Shown in pieces: positions 1 through 10,344 of a DNA stretch of 55,322 nucleotides. Both the position numbers and the translations under genes were made by a program. Every line of letters starts with the position of its first letter. The stretch's first letter is position 1. Under the pieces are notes generated by a model. That model saw only the letters and a list, made by a program, of their open reading frames with translations, was not told the origin of the DNA and did no database searches. Location of the stretch: positions 1-55,322 of the forward strand of contig DAHXMV010000006.1 of the NCBI GenBank assembly GCA_027371535.1, read 5' to 3'. Origin of the DNA: Candidatus Amesbacteria bacterium (GTDB lineage: Bacteria > Patescibacteriota > Microgenomatia > CAZETR01 > Amesbacteraceae).

Positions 1-599
1 CCGGAGGAGTGGGAGCCACGGGCTGCACTGTCACCAACTCAAACGGCAACCTGGCCTGTACCGGGACTATCACCAGCAACGGGATTGCTTTAAACCAATA
101 CTGGTCAAAGAGCGGCAATACGTTATCACCCATTAATCCCACCGACGGGGTGACCTTAAACGGTTTGTTAACTGCCACAGCCGGAGCCACCTTAACCGGA
201 ACCACGGCCATCAATACTACCGGAACGGCCAGTACCAGTATCGGCAATTCCACCGGTACCTTAGCTTTGACCTCATCCGGCTTAAACGTATCGACTGCCG
301 GAGTCATGTCCGGAATCACCGGCTATACCCAGACTTCCGGCAACTTTGCCCTGACTTCCACCGGCTTAAACGTGACCACCGGCGGAGCCCTGACCGGCGT
401 GGCTTCCATGGATACAATTACGACTGATGCCACCCACCTGACTTTTGCCGGCGGCGGAACTCTGGCTGCCACCAGCTCAACCCTGAATCTGCAGGGAGAC
501 GGAACTGTGGATGTGAACATTGCCGGAGGAGTGGGAGCCACGGGCTGCACTGTCACCAACTCAAACGGCAACCTGGCCTGTACCGGGACTATCACCAGC
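1..599 (+). repeat. Exact 77-bp direct repeat (1-77 and 523-599) marking a 522-bp/174-aa intragenic repeat unit
   Basis: ccggaggagtgggagccacgg...gggactatcaccagc is identical at both positions and encodes GGVGATGCTVTNSNGNLACTGTITS. Confidence 0.95.
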
Positions 600-3500
600 G
601 GTGGTTATACTTTGTCTAACTTCTGGCAAGAAAACAACGGTACAGTTGCTCCTAAAAATATCACTGATGATTTATTAATCGGAGGTACTTCAACATCATC
701 AGCTAAATTTGCTGTAGTTTCAGGTACAGGAAATATAACTGCCGGTGCGGCCTCACTTTCGGGTAACCTGACATTTGTGAATGCGGGAGTGATAGCTACT
801 ACCGCCAGCCAGACCCTGAGTATCGGCGATACCAATACGGGAATTATTAAAATCGGCAACCAGGGATTGGGATATTCGGGAGGCGCAACTGTCAGCGGAA
901 CATTGCATTTAGATGGTGTTTACGGGATTGACGGAGGCGGTTTGTCTGATTGTCAAGCAGGTAACAAAAAGCTGGTCTATGATGCAACAGCACGTAGATT
1001 CAGATGTGATGCAAATGCATCTTTAGTAAGGCCCTTTACTAATACGAGCAATGTAGCTCTGGTCGGAGCCACCGGTACAAATTATTGGCAGTGGATTGGC
1101 CATACTCCCTCTTCTCCTTCAGCGGCTTTGGTAACTTCGACCGATTCAATATTGGTTTCCGGTACGGTAAATTTCCAGAATCTTAGTCAGACGAACAAAA
1201 ACTTGTCTATTGAGTTGTGGGCAAATAACAGTTCTACTTCAACAATTCCTACTTGTGGCGGTACGGGAAACAACTACATAGTGGGTGCAGTTTTGGGTGT
1301 ACTTGCATCTTCTGCAGGTGGTAATTCGGTTATAACCTTCTCATTGGTAGATACGCCAAATTCAGCGAATGTCCAATATACCATCTGTTCTAATTTAAGT
1401 AATCAACAGATAGGAAACATTGTACGTACGGATATTCAGCTGCAGGAAATTACAACCTCCGATTTGGCTGAGATATATCCAACAAACCAGCTGAATATCC
1501 AGGCAGGAGATGTAGTGACTTCAGACCCGACGCTCAAAAACGGAGTAATTAAATCCCAAACTACTGGTGATGCAAACGTGATGGGAATAATTTCTACCAA
1601 ACCGGCCCAGGTGATAGGAGGTGCGGATATTCCCAGTGGCAGCATGGCGACTTTAGTTGCTCTGACCGGCCGGGTTCCGGTAAAGGTGTCCAGCATAAAC
1701 GGACCCATAAATTCAGGTGATGCGATCACCTCCAGTATTATTCCGGGTGTTGGCATAAAACAAATTCAACCGGGTACTATTGTGGGTAAAGTAATAGAGC
1801 CGGTAGCGAATTGGAATTCGGATACATGTAAAAAAGTCAGCAGCCTGAATGAGGCTAATGCCAGATGGCCGATAGATCCCAACGGCGCAAATAACAATCC
1901 GATATGTTTCGCTGTCCCGGCGAATCAGGTGGACAATTTACCGGCTAGTTATACCGATCCGTATGTTTATATAGGAAAAGTGATGGTGATGGCCCAAAAG
2001 CAATTTACTATCCCGGCAGATTTTATAGCAGAAAATTCAGACTTGCATATTTTAGATCAGAATCCAACCGTTGATCCCGATTTATCTCAAATGTCATCGT
2101 ATTCATTAGTCAATGCCGACAACCAAACAGTCACAAATGCCCAATCGTTTTCAGATTTAACAGCCGCTAATGCTAATTTTGGCGAAGTAATTGCAGACTC
2201 GGTCAAGACAAGCCAGATTTCTGCCAAATATTTCAAATTAAACGGCACAACTTTGGTAGCCGACAATAACCTGGCATTAAAAGTTATCAGCAATACAAAA
2301 AACACGCTCTTGGGTATAGATAACTCCGGGAATATGCAACTGGCCGGGAGTTTGGTTACCCAGTCGGGCAACTTTGACGTAACCCAGGATTACGCCGCGT
2401 CTGATTCGGCTTTAGAAAGCGGTGACGTCATGGCTATAGATACTAACAATTCCGGAATGGTGGTAAAAACGGGCCAAGCTTATGATCAAAATATACTGGG
2501 TGTTTATTCAGATAAACCAGGAATTAGGATGTCAGGTCTGAGTAATGATGCGAAAAATAGCATTCCCGTGGCCACCAGCGGAAAACTACCGGTGAAGGTG
2601 TCAGATGTCAACGGTCGGGTAAAAGCCGGGGATTTTCTGACTGCATCGGATATTCCGGGTGTTGCTATGAAGGCCACGCAGCCGGGAGAAGTTTTGGGCA
2701 AGGCTCTGGAAAATATGGTTTGCCCGGCAGATCCGACAACCGACACCTGTACGGTAAAGATAATGGCGGCTGTAAACGTGGCTTTTACCGACCCCAATAA
2801 TAGTCTTGCTGATATAGCCAAAACAACGATTTCAACTGATAAACTTCTACTGGATAAACCGCTGACTATCGGCAGTCAGGAAGTCAATGGATCACTGACC
2901 AACGCTCTGGTAGCCATAAGCGATAGCCTGAACGATACAGCCCAAAGCGTTAGTAATTTACAGACAACCCTGTTTACCTTATCGGAAAAAACAAATGTAT
3001 TGGATAAAAGAGTCAGCAGTTTAGAAACGCAGTCAGCCACAATTTCTTCATTGATTGTAACCAATACAGAGAATACACGAAGCCTGGCGGATCAAGTCAA
3101 AAATCTGATTTCCGGATTGAGCTCCAGAAATACCCAAAATAATCTGATTTCACCGGAAATGATTATGGCTACACAATCAGCAAATATTAATAGTATTTCA
3201 GTTGCATCAGAAGCATCCATTTCCGGGGAATTATCGGCTGACAATGCGGTTGTAACCGATACGTTTAAATCTTTCGGCCGGACATACCTGTTTGACACCA
3301 CAATTGCCGGTGCCTTTGATATCATGAACACTTTAGATATGACTCAGAATTCAATCAGCGTGACCGGGACTTCGTTATCACCCAGCGGCAACCTGGCTGA
3401 CGGAGTGATGTACTTGCAAAGTGCTGCCGGAGCCAGCCTGATCGATTTGTTTAATGGCCAGGTGACTATCGGCAAAGACGGTACAATTGAAACTAAAGGC

Positions 3501-4106
3501 AACCTCAAACTGGCCGGCAACCTGGATGTGGAAGGGGCCATTACCACCAGCGCCGTTGCCGGTGAAGATCTGAAAGCCAGGGATATACTGTATGTTTCCG
3601 ATACCGGAACGGTGAAGAAAGTTGGTCAGGCCGATTTGGCAGCGGTAAATATCATCGGAATTGCCGCAGCTGATGCAAATACGGGCGAGACGGTACAAGT
3701 TATTATCGGAGGCAAAGTAAAAGGTTATGCGGATTTGGTTCCGGGCAAGAAATACTATGTCGATGTGAACGCCGATCAAATTACGGCTGCGCCGGTAAAT
3801 CCCGAAAAGGCGGTACCCGTAGGAGTGGCTCTGACCGGTGACGAACTGATTATCCAGATGGCCAGGACAGTCAACGATATAACCAATGCCAGCAGCTCGG
3901 CTACCTCTCAAATTATGTCGGTACCGACGGTGACCCCGTCTCCGACATTTGTACCATTGCCGACAGAGACACCGGTACCTACATTGACACCTACCGATAC
4001 ACCGGCGGCAACAAGCTCTGCCACTATTTTTCCCTCTGCAACTCCGGCTCCTACGGGGATAAATCTGGTTGTACCAAATAACCAAATCCTCAGCCCGGTA
4101 AATTAA
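3..4106 (+). CDS. Giant Gly/Thr/Asn-rich repetitive surface/fibre-like protein (5'-partial) with two peptidase G2/IMC-like autoproteolytic chaperone domains, a coiled coil and a Pro/Thr-rich tail
   Basis: Frame is open from the window edge and contains beta-rich GT/N repeats. Two copies of the motif D(L/V)x(E/Q)xY...GDV...GxxSxKP...VAxxGxxPVKVSxxNGxxxxGDxxTxSxxPGVxxK occur (~1450-1800 and ~2375-2710). C-terminal PTVTPSPT repeats. Confidence 0.8.
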   Translation, partial: GGVGATGCTVTNSNGNLACTGTITSNGIALNQYWSKSGNTLSPINPTDGVTLNGLLTATAGATLTGTTAINTTGTASTSIGNSTGTLALTSSGLNVSTAGVMSGITGYTQTSGNFALTSTGLNVTTGGALTGVASMDTITTDATHLTFAGGGTLAATSSTLNLQGDGTVDVNIAGGVGATGCTVTNSNGNLACTGTITSGGYTLSNFWQENNGTVAPKNITDDLLIGGTSTSSAKFAVVSGTGNITAGAASLSGNLTFVNAGVIATTASQTLSIGDTNTGIIKIGNQGLGYSGGATVSGTLHLDGVYGIDGGGLSDCQAGNKKLVYDATARRFRCDANASLVRPFTNTSNVALVGATGTNYWQWIGHTPSSPSAALVTSTDSILVSGTVNFQNLSQTNKNLSIELWANNSSTSTIPTCGGTGNNYIVGAVLGVLASSAGGNSVITFSLVDTPNSANVQYTICSNLSNQQIGNIVRTDIQLQEITTSDLAEIYPTNQLNIQAGDVVTSDPTLKNGVIKSQTTGDANVMGIISTKPAQVIGGADIPSGSMATLVALTGRVPVKVSSINGPINSGDAITSSIIPGVGIKQIQPGTIVGKVIEPVANWNSDTCKKVSSLNEANARWPIDPNGANNNPICFAVPANQVDNLPASYTDPYVYIGKVMVMAQKQFTIPADFIAENSDLHILDQNPTVDPDLSQMSSYSLVNADNQTVTNAQSFSDLTAANANFGEVIADSVKTSQISAKYFKLNGTTLVADNNLALKVISNTKNTLLGIDNSGNMQLAGSLVTQSGNFDVTQDYAASDSALESGDVMAIDTNNSGMVVKTGQAYDQNILGVYSDKPGIRMSGLSNDAKNSIPVATSGKLPVKVSDVNGRVKAGDFLTASDIPGVAMKATQPGEVLGKALENMVCPADPTTDTCTVKIMAAVNVAFTDPNNSLADIAKTTISTDKLLLDKPLTIGSQEVNGSLTNALVAISDSLNDTAQSVSNLQTTLFTLSEKTNVLDKRVSSLETQSATISSLIVTNTENTRSLADQVKNLISGLSSRNTQNNLISPEMIMATQSANINSISVASEASISGELSADNAVVTDTFKSFGRTYLFDTTIAGAFDIMNTLDMTQNSISVTGTSLSPSGNLADGVMYLQSAAGASLIDLFNGQVTIGKDGTIETKGNLKLAGNLDVEGAITTSAVAGEDLKARDILYVSDTGTVKKVGQADLAAVNIIGIAAADANTGETVQVIIGGKVKGYADLVPGKKYYVDVNADQITAAPVNPEKAVPVGVALTGDELIIQMARTVNDITNASSSATSQIMSVPTVTPSPTFVPLPTETPVPTLTPTDTPAATSSATIFPSATPAPTGINLVVPNNQILSPVN

Positions 4107-4397
4107 GAATGGATATTTAAATGGTGATATAGCCCCGGATTAGCAGCTAAGGCAGAAAAGAAAGAAGAAGCTTTTAACAAGATAAAGGAAATAAAAGAGA
4201 CTGATGCTTTACAGACGGACGGAAATATACAAAAGCTGAGATTCGAAGGACATGACAGGGATGAAATAGCCAAAGCCTTCAGGAAAATATTCCCAAAAGC
4301 AATGTTTTATTAAATATCGGGTCAATTCAGCCACGGTCGAATAATCCGGAATTAACCAGTGAGAATTTATAGAAACACTGAGATAAGTCAGAGATCG

Positions 4398-6689
4398 TTA
4401 GGGAGCGGGAGTAGTCTGGAGAACCAAAGGTGTAGGTGTAGGAAGCAGTTTCTTGGTGACTGCGGCGGGAGTTGACACTTCGGGAGGATTATTCATATCA
4501 GCGACGTTGAGTTTGGGTAAATTTGGGTTGGCCAGGGCACTATTGATATTAGAGGCGGAGGTCTGACCGGCACTGGCTGTGTTTTTGGTCTGGGCGTCCA
4601 GTTTAACAGTTAAATCGGCAAGCAAGGCGGAAGCTGTCTTGTAATTGGGATTGGTGGTGTCGGACTGCAACAAGCCCACGGTTTTTTGGGCTGCCAACTG
4701 CGCATTTTTCAGATCACCCTGATCCCTTAAAGCCAGAGCCAGGTTGTAGTAGGCGTTGGCATAATCTGCCTTGATGCTGACGGCGTCGTTAAAGAACCTG
4801 ACAGCCATAGCATAATTTTTGGCCGTATAGTAAATTCCACCGACATTGACCCTCAACACCGGATTTAAAGGATCACGCTGAATTGCCCGGCCGTAAGCGT
4901 CCAGGGAGAATGTAAGGGCATTTTGGGCCACTCCGGTAATGTTCCTGTAGATGGAGGCTAAAACTTCCCAGTCACGGGATGACCGGGGGCTTAAAGCAAC
5001 AGCAGCCTTGCCTTCATTGATGCTCTGGGAGAGTAATGTCTGGATAGTCTGCTTGTCCTTGTCGGAGAGAGTCACCGGTTTATTATTTGAGGCGGCAGAA
5101 TTTCCTGCTGCCAAGGCATTGGCCAGGGCAAAATTAATTTGCGACAAATCCACCCGGTAAAGATCTATATACGGGTTTAATCTCTCAGTCTTTTGGAGGT
5201 ATTGATAAGTCAGATTACCACTTTTATTAACCTGGTTTAGTGCGAGACGGTGGTAAACATCTGCTGCAATGACATTATAAATCTGGAAGGAGAGCAGCAA
5301 GGACCCAGCTAGATAAAGTATGAATACAAATGAAGGAATAATATTAATTTTCTGATCACTGGAGGTAGAAGCATGAATGCCGATTGCCAACTCGGATTCT
5401 TTTTCGCGGATTTGAGGCTGCATCAGCATCAAGGCAGCACCGACCAAAAAACTGATGAAAGTGGATGTCACTGTGCTGGCATGGATAAAGAAAATAAGGA
5501 CTATCACAAAACCACTGAGGCTTAATGAGGAAAGAATCAGCTGTTCGTAGTTTTCCTGGGAATAATTCTTTAGGGAGATGTTTTTGAAACTATTGGAGAG
5601 GATAACATAGCAGAAGTAAACCAGGCCGATAATCCCGAAAAGTCCCAATGTGGCTATAACCTGGAAGAATTCGTTAAAGGCTGTATCAAAGGAATAGTTC
5701 CAAAATAATAAGGAGTTAAATTCGACGGGTTTATAGGCAGTGAAATTAAACAAATAGCTACCGGGCCCGGTACCGATAAAGGGGGCATCGCGGAAGGCAG
5801 AAGCGGAAATTTTCCAGGAAATATCCATGGGGAGCTGGATTTCTTTGGGAAAGCCGGCTTCGATATGCTGGATCACGTTACCGGAAAAAGGTAAAAGGGC
5901 CAGGAAAAGGGTTAAAAGGGAAACCACAGCCGGGATGGCAAAAAAGGTCAGAGTTTTGGGTGTATGGCGGGATTTGGGGAGCAAAATGCTGACCAAATAA
6001 TCAAAACCCAATAATACATAAGTGGGTATTGAACCAATAATTATGATGGTAACTGAAAACAAAACCGATAAAGACATGGCAGCCCAGACTGGCAAAAATT
6101 TATTGGGATTTAGAAGGGAAATCAAAGGGAGGGGCAGCATAATCAGCAAGAAGGCAAGTGTGGAAAACGTAGAACCGGTAGTGGTAAAGTTGACCCCCTG
6201 TGAAAAAGAAAAGGGCAAATTTATGCCGATAAACGATAACAAACTGATGACAGCTACTACAACAGCGCTGCCGTAGAGCACATATAGGAAATTTTTAAGT
6301 TTGGGCAGTGATTTCAGGTTAGAAACTATGACAAAGTATAAAAGGATGTATGTTATCCAGGCGTAAGCTGAACTATGGATGTTTGGAAAGTTACCAAATA
6401 CGGCCGTATATCTGGAAGTACTGAAATAGGTGGAGGCGAGGATCGTTGCCATGGTGATTAATAGCGGCACATCAAGCGGGGTACGGGTATAAGTTATTTT
6501 ACCTTTAGCAACCCAGGACAGGATCCATAAACCGAGTAGCAGAACAGTAGCTATAACCAAAAAAGAAATTTTTGGAAAATCATAATATTCGGTAGTGAAA
6601 TTAACGACCAAAAGAGGAGTAAAAGCAGTGACCAACAGAATGATATATGTAATGATTTTATCTAAATATTCGGAGAAGTTTTGTCTCAT
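4398..6689 (-). CDS. O-antigen ligase (Wzy_C-like) membrane protein with C-terminal TPR repeats
   Basis: About 12 TM segments, PFIGTGPGSY and TAFNEFFQVIATLGLFG ligase-like motifs, TPR-like repeats (AYYNLALALRDQGD). Confidence 0.8.
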   Translation of the reverse strand: MRQNFSEYLDKIITYIILLVTAFTPLLVVNFTTEYYDFPKISFLVIATVLLLGLWILSWVAKGKITYTRTPLDVPLLITMATILASTYFSTSRYTAVFGNFPNIHSSAYAWITYILLYFVIVSNLKSLPKLKNFLYVLYGSAVVVAVISLLSFIGINLPFSFSQGVNFTTTGSTFSTLAFLLIMLPLPLISLLNPNKFLPVWAAMSLSVLFSVTIIIIGSIPTYVLLGFDYLVSILLPKSRHTPKTLTFFAIPAVVSLLTLFLALLPFSGNVIQHIEAGFPKEIQLPMDISWKISASAFRDAPFIGTGPGSYLFNFTAYKPVEFNSLLFWNYSFDTAFNEFFQVIATLGLFGIIGLVYFCYVILSNSFKNISLKNYSQENYEQLILSSLSLSGFVIVLIFFIHASTVTSTFISFLVGAALMLMQPQIREKESELAIGIHASTSSDQKINIIPSFVFILYLAGSLLLSFQIYNVIAADVYHRLALNQVNKSGNLTYQYLQKTERLNPYIDLYRVDLSQINFALANALAAGNSAASNNKPVTLSDKDKQTIQTLLSQSINEGKAAVALSPRSSRDWEVLASIYRNITGVAQNALTFSLDAYGRAIQRDPLNPVLRVNVGGIYYTAKNYAMAVRFFNDAVSIKADYANAYYNLALALRDQGDLKNAQLAAQKTVGLLQSDTTNPNYKTASALLADLTVKLDAQTKNTASAGQTSASNINSALANPNLPKLNVADMNNPPEVSTPAAVTKKLLPTPTPLVLQTTPAP

Positions 6690-6773
6690 ATCAAGTGAAA
6701 AACAATGTATGTAATATAAGAAAATGAAATCCGGTAGTCAATAGGCAATATTTAGGGGTAAAATCAATATAAA

Positions 6774-6845
6774 CGGGGTGTAATTCACCGGTAGAATGCT
6801 CGGTTTGGGACCGAGATGCACAGGGTTCAATTCCCTGCACCCCGA
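6774..6845 (+). tRNA. tRNA-Pro(TGG)
   Basis: Acceptor cggggtg/caccccg, anticodon arm ctcgg-tttggga-ccgag, T arm caggg-ttcaatt-ccctg. CCA not encoded. Confidence 0.95.
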
Positions 6846-6850
6846 CTGAA

Positions 6851-7750
6851 ATGGTTAATCAACAACTGACCGATTATATTCTTCAACAGACGGCTAACGG
6901 CTATTCACATGATGTGATCAGGGACAGGTTGTTGGAAAGCGGCTGGAATGCAGAAGAAATAAATGAAGCTTTTATAAACATTAATCAGGAAGCCAAACCT
7001 GTTTATGAAGCTGCACCGGCAACTGAGACTGTCAAAAAAGATATTATAGAAACTCCCGTACAAAAAACCGGTAGCGGAATAAAACCGGTTGAAAAAAGAC
7101 AAATGAGAAGCCCGAATACTTTGGCTATCCTGATAGTTATTGCAGTGATGGCAGGATTATTGGGGCTGGGAACGCTATTTATATATAGAACGGCAAAAGA
7201 AAATATCATGGGGGAGAAAAATACCGGGCAGAATGTGTTTAATCCCTCCGTAGAAACGAGCGAGCCGGTAGGGAAAACAATAAATAGTCAAGATAAATCA
7301 CTTTATACAAGTATCAATAATGATTTTCATATTCAAAAACCGACCGACTGGGTAATGGATATTAGCAGTAATTCGGGAATACTTGTCAGTTTTAAGAACC
7401 GGACACCAGATGGAGGAGAAGCTGACAGGCTGACAGCCACAATTGATGTAGTCAGGGAAAAAATACCCAACATTACCCTGGAATCATACGTCAGCAAGAG
7501 TAAGGACGTTTTGAAAAGCAGTTTTGATAATATGATTTTTATCAAACAGGATTATGTGAGTATAAATAATAAACCGGGATATTTATTGGAAAGTACCTAT
7601 GACAGGGGGGCCTACCATCTGCATATACTTCAACTGATAGCAGAAAATAACGGTATGGGATATGTAGTAACGGCAACATCACTGGATTCAGTCTGGAGCA
7701 AATACAAAGATTTATTCAGATCAACTTTGTTAAGTTTTGAAACAATTTAA
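6851..7750 (+). CDS. Membrane-anchored PsbP/DcrB-like protein
   Basis: 299 aa with an N-terminal 'LTDYI...GW' helical motif, one TM helix and a C-terminal PsbP-like region (FHIQKPTDW...INNKPGY...SFETI). Confidence 0.6.
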   Translation: MVNQQLTDYILQQTANGYSHDVIRDRLLESGWNAEEINEAFININQEAKPVYEAAPATETVKKDIIETPVQKTGSGIKPVEKRQMRSPNTLAILIVIAVMAGLLGLGTLFIYRTAKENIMGEKNTGQNVFNPSVETSEPVGKTINSQDKSLYTSINNDFHIQKPTDWVMDISSNSGILVSFKNRTPDGGEADRLTATIDVVREKIPNITLESYVSKSKDVLKSSFDNMIFIKQDYVSINNKPGYLLESTYDRGAYHLHILQLIAENNGMGYVVTATSLDSVWSKYKDLFRSTLLSFETI

Positions 7751-7825
7751 AGATTGGTATAATTGATCAGCAAGTTTTGCGGTTAAGCGGGCCGAAGCCC
7801 TAATACCCGCAATATGCGCCAATTT

Positions 7826-7899
7826 GCGGGTATCGCTCAATGGCAGGGCATCAGTTTTCCAAACTGATTACAGGGGTCCGATTCCCCTTACCCGCTCCA
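7826..7899 (+). tRNA. tRNA-Gly(TCC)
   Basis: Acceptor gcgggta/tacccgc followed by t and cca. Anticodon arm tcagt-tttccaa-actga. T arm agggg-tccgatt-cccct has an atypical C55. Confidence 0.92.
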
Positions 7900-7994
7900 A
7901 ATAAAAGGATTAAAATATATTCTTCGATATTTAGAGCTATACTAGACCTCTTTTTCTTTGAATATTTGGTTCGCGCAGCTTTGAGTATGATTCG

Positions 7995-8273
7995 TTAAAC
8001 TGTTCTTTTTACGCCATTAATAGGGTGACATTTTCCGCACATCACCTTTTCTATATCGCTATTATTAATCTTAATCGGAAGATTCCACCCTTTTACAATT
8101 GCCGTGATTTGCGAGGGATTTGGCAAAGGTTTAGTGCAAGTGGCATCATACATTACCCCTTTAAGCAAAATGCCTTTCATAAATGTACAGATTGTCGGAT
8201 TCTGGTCACAGCTTTCTAACGTTGGAGGGAAAGTGGAGTTTGATGTTGGGGTTGTGAACTGCTCTTTGGCCAT
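7995..8273 (-). CDS. Hypothetical Cys-containing protein (92 aa)
   Basis: ATG-started ORF with a TATAAT-like box nearby. No family recognised. Confidence 0.4.
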   Translation of the reverse strand: MAKEQFTTPTSNSTFPPTLESCDQNPTICTFMKGILLKGVMYDATCTKPLPNPSQITAIVKGWNLPIKINNSDIEKVMCGKCHPINGVKRTV

Positions 8274-8471
8274 TTGTGTCTATATTATCAAATAATTTGT
8301 AATATTCAACAAATCTGAAGCAGGTAAAGTTGGAGGCTTTGGTATCTTAGTTGGCCAAGGCCAAATGACAATGAAGTTGAACAAGTTGAAATGCAATCGT
8401 TATGAGCTCGTCAATGCTATTATTTATTAGCTGGTTTAGTTCGCGCGAAATCCGCTTACCCGCTCAAGAAT

Positions 8472-8639
8472 ATGGATTTTCAGAAAATGGTTCAAAGGTC
8501 ATCAGATATCAGAAATAAATATTCCATATTGGAAAAGAAAAAATATGGAAAAGAATGGACTAAATAACAGATAATAGAAGAGGTATTTATAAAATCCACA
8601 AATATACCGGAGGAGCGGATAGCAACAGAAACAGTTTAG
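8472..8639 (+). pseudogene. Truncated MazG-like nucleotide pyrophosphohydrolase remnant
   Basis: Translates MDFQKMVQRSSDIRNKYSILEKKKYGKEWTK*QIIEE..., with an in-frame TAA at 8565-8567. The N-terminus resembles small MazG-like proteins (recalled similarity, not searched). Confidence 0.45.
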
Positions 8640-8821
8640 GGTAAATTCCTGATGACAGATTCTTTCAGGGATTTGAGTTTACCGAGACTGATAGGACGGT
8701 TATGTTTGTGATGGCGGCTGTTTTTGAGTAGCAGCATCTGGAGTTTAACGCCCAGGCGTTTGGCCGTTTTGTGAGAATGGATGTTTTTCTGATTGGTGAC
8801 ACCGGTAGGTCTCTTGGCCAT
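8636..8821 (-). CDS. Small basic hypothetical protein (61 aa)
   Basis: Lys/Arg/His-rich ORF with a -10-like box shortly upstream. Confidence 0.55.
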   Translation of the reverse strand: MAKRPTGVTNQKNIHSHKTAKRLGVKLQMLLLKNSRHHKHNRPISLGKLKSLKESVIRNLP

Positions 8822-8903
8822 TGGCTACAGTATACACTGCAGATAGCCTTTTTGTTACCGGAAACGGGTGTTTTTTAAAGTGGCAACAAAAATAGACCAG
8901 CTG

Positions 8904-9653
8904 TCAAATACCCGGGGTGGCTGACGGAGTAGCGGTTGATGAAGGTACAAGAGTAGTTTTTACGGGGGGCAATTTCTTTTCAATAATTTCAACGGAAAGA
9001 ATTTTTACCGGATTAACCGGTTTGCTGTTTTCCCCGGAAGGACCGGCTTCTACAGGCGCGGTGGCGATTTTATCCACGACATCCAGACCAGCAGTGACGT
9101 GGCCGAATATAACATAATTGGGGGGCAAACCATAATCCTGGTGCATAATAAAAAACTGACTGCCGTTGGTATTCGGACCGGAATTGGCCATGGCTACCGT
9201 ACCACGGGTATAAGAGCCGGAAAACGGTTCGTCGGCAAAGGTATAACCGGGACCCCCGGTACCGTTCCCGCTGGGATCCCCGCCCTGAATCATAAAACCA
9301 CTGATAACGCGGTGAAATATAGTATTGTTATAAAAATTTTTCCTGGCCAGATAAACAAAATTGTTTGCGGTAATCGGGGTATGCATATTGTCAAGAAGGA
9401 TGGAGATTTTTCCCGCCGAAGTGACCAAAACGGCGGTATACTGCGTCTGGGAATTAATAATCATAGTGGGTAAATTTGACGAGGTTGGTGTGGGCATGTT
9501 TGTGGGTGTTCTATAAGACTGAACCGGATTTAAATTATTGGCAATCTGCTGACTGTCGTCCCGCGGACTTTTGGAAGAGATAACGAATATCAGCCCGATG
9601 ATTATACCTGCAAAAATAAATACTGAAAAGATAATCATCCATGAGCGGTGCAT
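8904..9653 (-). CDS. ppiA: Membrane-anchored cyclophilin-type peptidyl-prolyl isomerase
   Basis: FHRVISGFMIQGGDP, VAMANSGPNTNGSQFFI and YVIFGHV motifs, with an N-terminal TM helix. Confidence 0.95.
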   Translation of the reverse strand: MHRSWMIIFSVFIFAGIIIGLIFVISSKSPRDDSQQIANNLNPVQSYRTPTNMPTPTSSNLPTMIINSQTQYTAVLVTSAGKISILLDNMHTPITANNFVYLARKNFYNNTIFHRVISGFMIQGGDPSGNGTGGPGYTFADEPFSGSYTRGTVAMANSGPNTNGSQFFIMHQDYGLPPNYVIFGHVTAGLDVVDKIATAPVEAGPSGENSKPVNPVKILSVEIIEKKLPPVKTTLVPSSTATPSATPGI

Positions 9654-9675
9654 AAGGCCTTTAGTATATCAGATT

Positions 9676-10272
9676 TCAAAAAGAATGGGATTTGTAAAGA
9701 TTGATCTGATTTTGCAGATCGGAAAGCATTGCCCGATCGGGGTTTAGTAATTGATTAACAACCATATCGGAAGGAAAGATATCCTTCAGATCGGATTGAT
9801 AGTTTACGCCTGCCCTGGGAATACGATGGGAGATAATTTGTAATCCGGAATTATTCCAGGTAACCACCAGGGTAAGAGGTACAGAGATGCCCGAGCCGGG
9901 TATGATATTTCCCTGGTTTGAATAATATTCCTGACATATGGCCCAAAGATAAATAACCCGGGGCCGGGAAATACCGGAGTTTAAAATTTTATAAGCGCAA
10001 TAAACCCGGCCCAAATTATGCGTTTTTATACCCAGTGAGGCTACCAAAAAAGAATTTATGGTCTGAGAATCCGCCGTATCCAATTTCAGCGATGGCGTGG
10101 GTGACGGGGTAACCGCGGGAGTGGAAGTGACAGCCGGCATGGTCTGCGAAACCAGTTTGGTGATTTGGGTAGAAGCGAGCTGGGATTTGATAAACGGCAG
10201 GCTTTTATAACCGGCATATCCCGCCAGAACCAAAAGCAGCAGGAAGATTAACAACAGTAAGAACTTCCCCAT
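9676..10272 (-). CDS. Hypothetical exported protein
   Basis: N-terminal hydrophobic helix, P/T linker and a Cys pair. Confidence 0.7.
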   Translation of the reverse strand: MGKFLLLLIFLLLLVLAGYAGYKSLPFIKSQLASTQITKLVSQTMPAVTSTPAVTPSPTPSLKLDTADSQTINSFLVASLGIKTHNLGRVYCAYKILNSGISRPRVIYLWAICQEYYSNQGNIIPGSGISVPLTLVVTWNNSGLQIISHRIPRAGVNYQSDLKDIFPSDMVVNQLLNPDRAMLSDLQNQINLYKSHSF

Positions 10273-10344
10273 ATGATGATATATTTATTATTTTACACCC
10301 CGGGATGATTTAAGTAAAAAATCAAATCGGATATAATGGGGATA

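Noticed and set aside
3378-4085. 235-aa Cys/Arg-rich minus-strand ORF and other short ORFs nested in long genes
   Set aside because: Antisense shadows of well-supported genes, with no motifs.
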